NCBI GenBank assembly: GCA_032718475.1
Contig: JAUCBJ010002369.1
Span: 1 to 33,284, forward strand
Direction: 5' to 3'
Length of the DNA stretch: 33,284 nucleotides
Source of the DNA: Nemertoderma westbladi
Lineage: Eukaryota; Animalia; Xenacoelomorpha
Positions 20,392 to 31,692 of the stretch are shown one piece after another. The position numbers and the translations under genes were made by a program. The notes beneath the pieces were generated by a model that saw only the letters and a program-made list of their open reading frames with translations, was not told the origin of the DNA and ran no database searches. Each line of letters begins with the position of its first letter. The first letter of the stretch is position 1.

Positions 20392-21231
20392 TACGGAGCC
20401 CCTAAGAGGACATGAAATCCTCGTTTTTTTTTATTATTATTCTTAGTATAGATGTCCGCTAACTCAATATATTGAGTTAGAAGACACATGTCCGCTAACT
20501 CAATATATTGAGTTAGAAGACACATGTCCGCTAACTCAATTTGTTGAGTTAGAAGACATGCCATGTGATTTGTCGCTGCCATTTTTAGAGGTTTATTTGA
20601 ATAAAGAAAACCTCTATTTTATTATACTTGTAGCCTACATTATTTTGAGAGTGACAGTGAAGTAATTATAATAGAAACGTTTCGTAAAATTATACTATGA
20701 GAAGGGTCTGACGCAGTTTGAAATTAGATATAGTTTAGGAAAACACGGATTTGATATAAGTACACGCCACTTACGACGAATATTACGGCCCTTGGATTTG
20801 AATCGCCATAAAAACTACAGTGACCTCGATGATGTAGTGACATTTATACATTCGGAGATAACGAATGGGTCAGCCAGACTTCTAGGATATAGAATGATGC
20901 ACACCCGTTGCCTGCAACATCGCTTGATGGTCCGAAAAGAGGATGTACGTTCAATACTCCGGGAGTTGGATCCCGAGAGTGTCGATTGGAGGCGATCTCG
21001 CAGATTAACGAGGAGAGAGTATTTTGCAAAGGGACCCAACTATATTTGGCACCTAGACTTGTGAATTATAGCAGTATAGGCTAACTGCAGAATAACCTAA
21101 GTCATATAGCTTTATAGTCTCTTGCTAGCTAGTATGTTATACTGGAGTAGAACTTAAATAAACTTCTAGAAAGGGCATTGACCAATCACATGTCATGTCT
21201 TCTAACTCAATATATTGAGTTAGCGAGCATA
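20392..21231 (+). mobile_element. Internally deleted IS3EU/IS481-like DNA transposon remnant
   Basis: ~75-bp inverted repeats (~20523-20598 vs ~21156-21231). Frame ~20684-21064 encodes YYEKGLTQFEI...ISTRHLRRIL...GYRMMH...LRELDP...RRLTRREYFAKGPNYIWHLD, the region just before an rve-like DDE core, truncated at the first Asp. Possible terminus TACGGAGCCCC at 20392. Confidence 0.65.
20452..20560. repeat. Three tandem 36-bp units containing the palindrome CTAACTCAATATATTGAGTTAG
   Basis: Direct inspection; the same palindrome recurs at ~21202-21223. Confidence 0.85.
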
Positions 21232-22811
21232 GAGTGTTAGGTTGCCCTTCTTGGGAACTGGCACCAACTTATTTGTTTTCATTTTCAACTTGTTGCCGTT
21301 AATCCTTGCACCACAGGGATGTCACCAAAATCCCCAAACACTGGGCACCGGATCATTGCGTTTGTGGTGAAATTGGATTAAGTCAAGCAGATCACAAAAA
21401 GTAGAAGTTGTTTGAATGTTTGATTTATTCTTCCAAGTAATGAGATTATAACAATATTAATAAGCCTACACCGTACAAAATTATTTAATCAAGCAGCGAA
21501 CTTTATTTTAGTTAGATTTTATCCCCCCTCAAAGGACCGTCGGTAATCCACCGGGTCTATCCCTTGCTTTGCCTATAGTGTCACCGTAACCTGAATCCTT
21601 TTCAGGCTCATGCTGATGCTACGCTGACCGGGCTCCGTTCGGCTGTCCGTTGGGTGTCTGTCGGTCGGCGAGAGAATGCAGTCTCAGTGATGCTGCATGT
21701 CACTCCGTCTGGTCGGTAGTAAGTCGACCCTTCAGCTTACCCCGGCTCACCTCTCGCAATCCCTTTTGGTGTTGGTCCTAAGACAAGTCAAGCAGCTTAG
21801 CTCGGGTGTCGGCTGTCCCTGTCCCTTTCTCCCATGCTCTGCTTCTGCTTTGTCATCATAGTTCGAATCCTTCTCAGGCTCGCACTAAGCTGACGGGCGC
21901 CAATCTGGAATTGTCCCTTAGCACAAGGCTAGGCCTAGGCCTAGGCCTTGGAATCCAGGAAATCTACCTGGTGTCAACTCAGTATTGTATTGATTTCTGG
22001 GAATCCTGGCCCCTTTAAAAGCACAATGAGTGACGATTTTGTGTTTAGTCGTCATTAAAAACCGCCGTAACTATAAACTCTCTGCCGTAACTATAAACTC
22101 TCTGACCTTCCGGTCTTTCGCGCACGGTGCCCGGGACTTTTCGGATTATTCTCGTTTATTTCCTGTATGCCCGGCACTGTGATCGAAAATAAACAAACTT
22201 CAAAGATTCACAAATTTAATGAACCTGCAGTACAAAATGACAGTTAATTATTTTACTTTATAGGACTACCGACTTTCTTTTATAAGATTTTAACCACCCC
22301 AACTAAACTTTTGACTCTATCGCTCGCGGTGCTCCGTCTGTCGGTCCCTCACGACGCCCTTATTCAGAGTACTCCGAGTCCTTATCAGGATCGTACTTAC
22401 GCCGACCAGCGCACCACATATGGAGTTGTCCCTAGGCTGTCAGGAGCTCTACCTGAAGCCACAATACTTGAATTCTTTGAACTTCAGTGGTCCTTTATAA
22501 CCAGAAAAACTGTCCCGATTGTTGTGAGTTTAACAGAAAACCGAATTCTATGAGTTCTTAAGAAGTGTTTTTTGGGGTTTTGAATTTCGTAATTTTGGTT
22601 TTATGGTCCCCGGGGGTCTGATTGGAATTTTCGTATTTAAAGAGTTTAATAAATTAATATGTGTCCGGTGTGGAAATTAAAATAATGCGAATGCAACTGT
22701 CTCACAGCGTTACCTCAGAGCGGCTAACCGACAAAATGAGAGAAACTATTTACTTTATTGACAACCTCCTCTACCTATTTATTACATTTTCATAACGTTT
22801 TCCTATTTTAG

Positions 22812-23625
22812 GTTCAATGCGTTAGAACGCCTAACCACAATGGAACTAAAGGAGACGCGACGAAGACAGATTGCCGAGTACAAGTTGACCCATCCGGAGT
22901 TCACAGAGGAGTTGTCGCCGATAACTCAACACCGGAAGGAGTTTATCGAGGAGTTTATCAAGTCCAACGAGTTGTACGACCGTCCCCCTACGCCGCCGCC
23001 ACCGGCTGAACCGACGGGGACGGCGAGGGTGTCGGAACCGGGTTCCCCAACACGTGCGAGCGCTCTCGTCTCCGAGAGTAAACCCGTGGTGGCGGGCGTC
23101 GCCACAGAACTGAAGGCGGCGACGCCGGCAGCCGGGGAACCAGCCGCCGCAGCGACGGCCCCCGAGGCGTCCCAGCTGGAGGGCCCGTTGTCCCGAAAAC
23201 ACGAATGGGACAGCCACTCGAAACGCGCGACCAATCGCAGTTGGGTAGCGGGTTACGCGACCGCAGCCAATCAGGAGCTCCGCTTTTATAAAGACTCTAA
23301 AACCGCGAAATCCGGAGGTCCACTGGTCCACGGGGATTCCCCCGTCCCTCTAGCGACGGCTACCTGCACTCCGGATCCTAAATATAAAAAGAAGAAACAC
23401 GCGTTCCGTGTGAAGCAAACCGAAGGCGGCGCTGAGTGGTTGTTCGTAGCCAAGGACGACGCCGATCTCAACCAATGGGTGGACGGGTTGACGGCGTTGT
23501 GCGGGGGCGGAGGCGCCGAGGGTGGGGATTCCCCCTCCAAGTCGCGGACCTTCACGGAAGGGGTTCAACCCCCGGGCGCTTCCGGGAAGAAAAAGGGGGG
23601 ATTTTTTACTTTGAGAAAGAAATAA
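22812..23625 (+). CDS. SPTBN1: Beta-spectrin terminal exon with PH domain and stop codon
   Basis: ttttAG acceptor; FNALERLTTMELKE, PH domain LEGPLSRKHEWDSHSKRATNRSW...FYKDSK...YKKKKHAFRV...WLFVAKD...WV, and C-terminal KKKGGFFTLRKK typical of beta-spectrins. Confidence 0.95.
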
Positions 23626-23974
23626 ACTTAGCGGGAAATATAGTCGGTAATGGACACGCATATAACGGCAGCTACGGCGGAAGAATCTTCTAGTTTTATA
23701 ATTTTTTTTGAAGAAACCAATTCGCATGTTTTCATTTTGGTATATATGAATATTGCAGTGCTTAACGGGAGAGGCGAGATGTTTACGTTTCCATGTTATT
23801 TATTTGGCGCTTATTAATGTTGGAGTAAATAATAACTAAAACACTTATTTATTACTTTTATTAGACAGCGGATTTGTGTTCTTACAAAGTTGATTATTCG
23901 AGGTATTATTGTTTTTTTTATATTCGCCTCTCTTCTAGTTCTTATAGCGGAGATTCTTTCCCACTCCTTTTATC

Positions 23975-23980
23975 AATAAA
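23975..23980 (+). terminator. Candidate polyadenylation signal of the beta-spectrin gene
   Basis: AATAAA ~350 nt after the stop, followed by T-rich sequence. Confidence 0.45.
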
Positions 23981-25084
23981 ATGTAATTTTTACTGAATGT
24001 AAAAACTTTATCAGCCCAATGTTTTCTCTCTTTATATTGATTGGGAATTTTCTTTTTATTCCAGAAACTATCGTTGAAGTTATTACGTCACAGAATCTAT
24101 TGAGTTATAAGCCGTAATGTGCTCGAACCACTATTGTAATATTGTCCGACAGTGTTCCGACATTGTCCGACAGTGTTTGCCACCCACTACGTCCGACATT
24201 GTCTGTGAGCGACACTTTGAGAGAGACGCTCACTGAAACTGTGTGCTGTATATCATTATTGTCTCACCTAATTGATTTCTTACAAAGTCATCCATTTTAT
24301 CGGATACAATTTGTCCAGACTTTTCCGCCTTTTGCACAATTTAAATATACTTTTCGTCATTAGAATTGAAACAATTATGAGCAATTATTGTTTGTCGCAT
24401 AATTAGTAATTAGGCCTATATAGTTTAGTAATGTTTTCTTTGATGCTTGTCTCAACGTTGCTTCTGTACCAACTCTATACTGGTAGTGAATTATTATTCG
24501 TTATTGCAGTGCATTCTCTTAATATGAGTTAAAGAATAAAACCAGAGTTACAATAATAATTAATTATTTGCGTTAATCACATGAGATTCATCGCATCTCG
24601 AGTTATTGAATTCCCATTAATAATTCATAGAAATCAGATTGATTTGTTGAACTTTGATCCCCAACTAGAAAGCCAAACCTATTAATTCCATTCCAACTAA
24701 CTATATGGTTGTCAGTCACTAGTGATTGATATGAACTTATAATGTCACTATAGTTTTATATTACAGTCTGCATTACAATGCTTTTAAAGGACAACAATTT
24801 TTTGTGGGAGATAAAGAAGAAATGTTGTAGAAGATAGAGTTATTTGAGCAACGGTTATCTAGATTGGTGTGTGTCTGTGTGGATCATGTTAAACCTTGTG
24901 TAAACATTGGCGATACAAGTCACACTTAATGTAGAACTATTTAATAATAATACGAAGTTATGAATGCACGCAAGATGGCGTATCTATTAAACATAATTTG
25001 AGTTTATACCACCAGAGGTCGCTTAAACTACTTCACCTTTAGAGAAAAAAACTAAAAATAAACACAATAAATTTAAGCTGATGC

Positions 25085-28000
25085 TAAACCATATACCTTT
25101 CTGTACGTCTTTGGAAACCAACTCTGATCGAATTGTAGCCATGACCTTAGACAACATGTACGACAGCAACATAACAGTGTAGGACTACTACTACTACTAC
25201 TACTAGGATCGGCATGCTGCATTGCAGCTGCATTTTTAAGAATGCTGTGCCGGCTTGTCAACAAAATTGCGCCGCCACAACTCCCTATCACCCATGACAT
25301 TTGCTAGATCATCCGCATCTTTAAGGCCAGTGTCCTTTAAGATGCGTCTCAAGAAAGTCATGGGCTGTCCACCATGCTTATTCACTCCATGAGGCTGCCA
25401 AAGTACAAGATTATGCACTGGCTGGTCCTCACGGCGAAAGCAATGTCCTGCAAAGCGGAGGCGATTTTGTTCTAGTGTCAAGCTTGGGGGAACCAATGAG
25501 ACACCTCCAATGTTACAGTACATAACAGCAACATAACAGGAGTAGGACTGTACATGCCATACAACAGCGGAGAGACATATAGCGAAATGAACTACATACT
25601 GGAATGCGGCAAACTATCATCACTACTCGACGACGCTAAGCAAAATGGAAACGAGCTCCTGGTAGCAGGCGACATCAATGGAATCCTCCCACACCACAAT
25701 CAATCAAATAAGAAATCCTTCGGCAAGTTGTTCACCGACAATATCACAGAACCGTTTCAGTTACAAACCACAAACAACGCACCAATAACCACAGGTGGAC
25801 ATGCAAGCTTTTTCTTTAGATCAAAGAACAAGACCATCCTGCGAGAGTCACTGATAGACTACATCACTAACACCATGGGCATAGGATACGGGCTTTCTAC
25901 AACCCATACCTACAAACCAACCTTCGACAACATATCAGATCATACACCAATTATGTCCACGTACAAACTACCAGCATACACCGACAACCAACATCTACCA
26001 CTACCTTCTAAACTCAGCAAATGCCGTGTTTTCCTATTTAACAAGGCAACAGATGAGGAAAAGAAACAATAGAAGAAGCAAATTGAACGGGCCCTTCAAA
26101 ATATCAACAACACAAACAATATAGACAATTCCACAACAACAAACCAGATGGCGGATCTCATCACAAACATAATACTACAGGCCGCAAAATCCCACATTCC
26201 TTCAATAGTGCCAAAAAAACTAAACAAATGGAAAAGAAGATGGAAGGACACTTCAAAACCACCACAGGAAAACACAGCAGACGCCAACGCAAATAGAAAA
26301 TCCATACAAAGCCTTCAGCAGAGACGAAGCTGCAAAAGACTCGCCCATGAGGCATACAAGCAACACATCCTAAGCTTAGCTGAAAACTGCAAATTGTCAC
26401 CCGAAAAATTCTGGAACACCTTAAAAGATGAGGAACAACAGTCGTCTGACATAGCCAACACAAACTCCGACAACATATATCGCCACTATAAAGCCTTCTT
26501 CGAATCAGAGCGAAACAACAGAGAGGAAATAGACACAAACACCCAACAACGCACACAAAACGCTAGTGAGCCCATCCAAAAGATCACCCCCCACCAGGTC
26601 GACGAAGCAATAAAATCTCTCAACAAACATAAATCGGCCGACATCAACAACCTATCTGCCGAACACCTCCTACACGGCAGAACAGTACCACTACTCACCC
26701 AATTCCTTGCAGACCTATACAACATGATGCAGTTAACCAGTACTTTCCCTGACAACCTATGTACAAGTTTACTAATCCCACACCTGAAGGGAAATAACCG
26801 CAGTAAGCATACAGAGCGATATCTATTCTCTCCATTCTGGTGAAACTCTGGGAAACAATAGTCATGCCGCAATTCACAAAAGAAAAACCAAGTGACCTCC
26901 AGATGGCGTACAAAAAGGGTATCAGTAGTGAAATGACATATTCCATGTCAAACAGGCTCATTAAACGCTTCACCAATGGCGGATCTACCGTTCACATGCT
27001 AGCGATCGATCTGACTGCTGCCTTTGACAGCATCGATCACAGAACACCTTTCGAAAAGCTACAAAAAACAGACATTAACAAACGACTAATTAATCTACTG
27101 GAAGCATATTACCACAACTCAACCGCCCACATGAGAACAGGCAGAAGGGTGTACACTGAACCTATCAAACTCGGCAAAGGAATACGGCAAGGAGGCATAC
27201 TATCTGCCTGGCTCTTCAATTTCTACTTACAAGACCTCTTCGAGACCCTAGGAGAATCTGGGCTAGGACTACATCTCGGCACAGAATCTTACCCGGCCCT
27301 TGGTTACGCCGACGACCTATTGTTGCTAGCAAACCTTAAGGAAGATCTCCAACAACAAATCGACATATGCACCACGTTCTTTGCCAGAAATGGCCTCACT
27401 ATAAACACAAAATAATCGCATTACGTAAGATGTACCGGTACGCAACCAAAAACAACACCAATTGAAGGTACGCAACCAAAAACAACACCAATTGAAGGCT
27501 ACACCATACAAGTAGGATCAGTTTTCCTACGCGAGGAGGCCAGCTGTAAATACCTAGGTTTACCACTTCCAGGTACACCGCAAACGATCAGAGACCACAT
27601 AACCAAGCGCTGCTGGTGGAACGTATCAAGGATGCGATCACGGGGCCTAACAGCCCACGACGTACCTCTACAAATCACCAAAAAAATCTGGAACACAATC
27701 TGCCTCCCGTCTATCGCATATGGTATTGCAAATGTGGATGACGCCTCTGTGACCCAACTATCAATAGTAATGCGAAAGGCGATGAGAACTAATTAGGCGA
27801 TGCGTGGGGAACTACGTCTCAAACAACACCCTACACAATGGACACGACCTGGAATCAATCGTCGCACACAGCAGATGTAGACTCCTGTACAGCGCCGTCA
27901 ACTCAGGAAACATAAAAATTGCACACCTCTACACAACACTGCTTAGCCAACACCTATGCGATACCTACACAGAACCAACTTTTGTCGAGTACTCCATTGC

Positions 28001-28583
28001 GAGTTGGAGGAGTAACCTACCCACCCTACACAGCATCGTAACAGCCTCCTACAACATAAAACTGGTGACCAAGGGCTCACGAAAACACTGCAAGCCCGTC
28101 CTGAGCACCAAGGACTGCTTCAACACGTGGTATCTCGAAAGTATCCTAAATATTCCAAACGCAAACTACTCCATAAAGAACCAATGCATACGAGACTACT
28201 ACAAACTGCCGACACTCGACGCGAACAACCAAACAGGTTTCACACGGACTCACGTTCAACTCCACCACATAACAAGTACACAAATCACACGCATTTCCGA
28301 TCATGACAAATACTATTTGATTTCATAATTCCCACCTCCCTATAGTCTATAATAATTATATTCATTTGTTTTGGTGCATACAAACAACACTTGTGCCTTC
28401 AACAACCCTAGCACTACCGTCAGACATCGTATACCCACTAATTTTACAGGTAACATGTGACTACATTGTAATGTAACCAATAGCATTGTTAATCTTAATT
28501 TTGTCGATTGTGTTCTGTTTCGTTTTTACTTGACCGACCATTTTATACGATAATAGCCGGTAATATATAATATAATAATAAAG
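25085..28583 (+). pseudogene. Decayed APE-RT LINE of the same broad clade as the intronic element
   Basis: Fragments SDRIVA..GLYMPY, GDING, IDYI, SDHTPI, AEHLLH, QMAY, DLTAAFDSI, GIRQGGILS, YADD, broken by stops and frameshifts; TAA-rich tail ~28561-28583. Confidence 0.85.
25187..25525 (-). mobile_element. RTE-clade LINE 3' fragment inserted into the decayed LINE
   Basis: RLRFAGHCFRR...LVLWQP...DRELWR is the typical RTE ORF C-terminus; (TAG)n tail at ~25184-25205; flanked by an imperfect duplication ACAGCAACATAACAG..TAGGACT (~25163-25186, ~25525-25549). Confidence 0.82.
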
Positions 28584-28971
28584 AAATTACTTGGATATTT
28601 TTCTCATAAACAAGGGGTGGGGGTCGGGGTTGATAATTTATTTAATTTATTGATACAATCCAATATTCCCTATTTTCTTCCCTAATATCAATATTTATTT
28701 AAAATTATGTGACAGTTGATATAGTAGTGATATTCTTTACAGGAACAATAATTTTTAAATAAGTAGGCCTAAAAGTTTAAATAAATATTTTAAACAATCC
28801 AGCTGTTACTTGGAGTCCATTAACGTTGAATGAAACAGCTAATGAGTCATCCTACCGTGTGTGGGATCTGTGTTATCCTCCGGGGCAGTATAATTTTCAG
28901 ACTCTTAATCGCTGCTCGTTTCCTGGTCTTGATCGACTTTGTTCTGTGATGTTCTGCATGGTGTTTCGATG

Positions 28972-30268
28972 GTAGCACAAACTTAGTTCCAATCGCACAT
29001 TTTCAAAGGCGAACTTAGTTCCAATTGAAACGAATTTAGTTCCAAAATAAATGTTACAAAGCGAACTTAGTTCCAATCGAGGCGAACTTAGTTCCAATCC
29101 CAGAATATCAAAAGCGAATTTAGTTCCAATGCATGCGAATTTAGTTCCAATGCAAGCGAATTTAGTTCCAATGGTTGCAAATTTAGTTCCAATGGAAGCG
29201 AATTTAGTTCCAATGGATGCGAATTTAGTTCCAATGCATGCGAATTTAGTTCCAATGCATTCGAATTTAGTTCCAATGGATGCGAATTTAGTACCAATGG
29301 AAGCGAATTTAGTTCCAATGGATGCGAATTTAGTTCCAATGGAGGCGAATTTAGTTCCAATGGAAGCGAATTTAGTTCCAATGGAAGCGAATTTAGTTCC
29401 AATGCAAACGAATTTAGTTCCAATGGGTGCGAACTTATTTCCAATGTTTCAATCGTGGGGATAGCCACGAACTATTGCGTATTGCCACTATTTGGGATGG
29501 GTCAGGATCAACAATAATTGTAAAAACCTTCTGTCAATTTTTAAAAACGTATTATTATTAATGAATTAAATGTATAATTACACATTTTGAAATATATATT
29601 AATGACGAGTATACTGATACTGACTGACCGAGTCTGTAGTATTATATACTCAAGTCATGCACATTGTGCAATTTTCACAACAAATACAATATTTACCAGT
29701 TGCTTCGGTTTAGGATGTAGGGCGTAGTTTGGGTTAAGAGCTTGGGCGTTGTTTTTTACAATCAATATCATTTTAAATGATTAGATATAAATGAATTTAA
29801 TTGAATTGTTTGGGTTAAGAGGTTGGGCGTTGTTTGGGTTAGTTATTTAGAATTATTATTTAACCATCCACCTAATAGTGTCATTAAACAGATTCTTCGC
29901 CAACTACGTGGCTCGCCCCACACCTGAAACATTGGAACTAAATTCGCTTCCATTGGGACTAAATTCGCATCCATTGGAACTAAGTTCGCATCCATTGGAA
30001 CTAAGTTCGCTTGCATTGGAACTAAATTCGCTTGCATTGGAACTAAGTTCCCATCCATTGGAACTAAGTTCGCATCCATTGGAACTAAATTCGCATCCAT
30101 TGGAACTAAATTCGTTTTCGTTTTTCTCTAGTTATTGGAACTAAATTCGCCTAAATTGCAACTAAATTCGCCCAAATTGGAACTAAATTCGTTTCCATTG
30201 GAACTAAATTCGCTTCCATTGGAACTAAACTCGCATGAGGCTTAAATTGGAACTAAGTACGGGGAATC
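28972..30268. mobile_element. Second Foldback/MULE-like non-autonomous element with inverted 21-bp arrays
   Basis: 9-bp TSD GTTTCGATG at 28963-28971 and 30269-30277; G...C termini; arrays of GCGAATTTAGTTCCAATGGAA (~28980-29445) and its reverse complement (~29930-30258). Confidence 0.8.
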
Positions 30269-30477
30269 GTTTCGATGATGTTTGTGGGTGTCAGTTAGTT
30301 GAGTAGAGGTAAACGGGATGTGCGGACATCATAGAGGTGCCTGCGGATTCCTTTCACGAAGACTGAATATTGGTCTACCACATCCACTCGATGTGGGCTG
30401 TCCCTTCTGGTTGGGCATCAGACATGTTGGGTCGGTTTAACATAAACAAAGACTTAAATTTGAATGTTAGTGGTTTT

Positions 30478-30522
30478 AATTGTAAGCTTCAGAATTGTAA
30501 GCTTCAGAATTGTAAGCTTCTT
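30478..30522. repeat. 15-bp tandem repeat (AATTGTAAGCTTCAG) x~3
   Basis: Direct inspection. Confidence 0.7.
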
Positions 30523-30598
30523 CAGTTATAATTTGGAGGTTTTTGTTGACTCCTGGAAGTTTTCTTTATCATTTAGCAATTCCACCAAAGCACTGCTC

Positions 30599-30632
<34 letters not shown>

Positions 30633-31692
30633 CGGGAAGCCCATGACTTGATTGTTCGCTCTACCGGGTGTTCCATAATGATTGCCCCCCCCCCCCCTGG
30701 CCAGCCAAAACTGCCAGACATGTACTTTAGTGTAATATAGGGTCAGCTTTGCAGGTTGCAGCCCTGTTTAAACAGTTATTATTGTAGTGGCGGGTCTCTC
30801 TCAAACAATAAAAAATATATTATCATTACATTACCGCCCATTCTCCCAGCTTATTGTTGCAAACCAATATCTATCTCATCTCCAATATACTCATTCGACC
30901 ATTAGTGGCTGCCCCCATTCACAGCCGTTTATCCTATACAGATAAACAGCTGTATTCTTCCCTTCACTCCTGTTCAGCTATATTAGGTAGGTATCTCCAC
31001 TGCGCTACAATCCCTTATTACCCATTAACCAATCAAGGCCCACCACACTGTCACCCCTATTATTACTTCACTGTATTTCTACAGCTTACCGAGCTCAACA
31101 TTACTCATTCACTATAGTTGATCTCATTCCGCAGTTTCCCAAACGGAAACTCCCCCTATTAACACTCTTTATTACTTTGTATTCTTGACTCTTACGATAT
31201 TTTACGTTTATATTATTAGATCTCTTATTATGTATTAATGTTCTTATGTTTCCGTTATCTTATTACCCCTTACCGCTTATAATCGTATATTATTATCTTA
31301 TATATTTTCTATAATAAATATGCTCCTAATTCCCAATCAAATAAACAAATTATTCTTCTTTATGGGACGTAACCGTGTAAACTGGGTGAAATCCAACTAT
31401 AGTTGAACATATTACAATCACATAGATCATCTTATTGTTTTATACACAAGAGCATAGCAACCGCTCTTACAGTTTGGGAAAACTCAAATAAAACTCTATG
31501 AAATTTACAATTATAAATAAATAAATTAAATTGTATATTAATTATTTTATTTCTTAGTAATTCTTTACTATACCACGTTACTAAGCTTTTGTAGCCAAGT
31601 TGGTATGTATTACAGTCTATTTAGGCGATTCTAACTACCGTAGCTAGACTTTAATTTTGAAGACGACACCTTTATTTAATTTGGATACAAAT

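Noticed and set aside
21235-22706. Possible solo LTR (TGTTAG...CTCACA) with internal short repeats
   Set aside because: No TSD and only weak terminal inverted match; probably repeat-derived but not classifiable by eye.
29051-30144. ANLVPM / LELNS heptad-repeat ORFs
   Set aside because: Translations of the non-coding 21-bp arrays of the Foldback-like element.
30840-31350. Possible degraded LINE 3' end
   Set aside because: C/T-rich with an AATAAA-like end, but no recognisable protein motif to support it.
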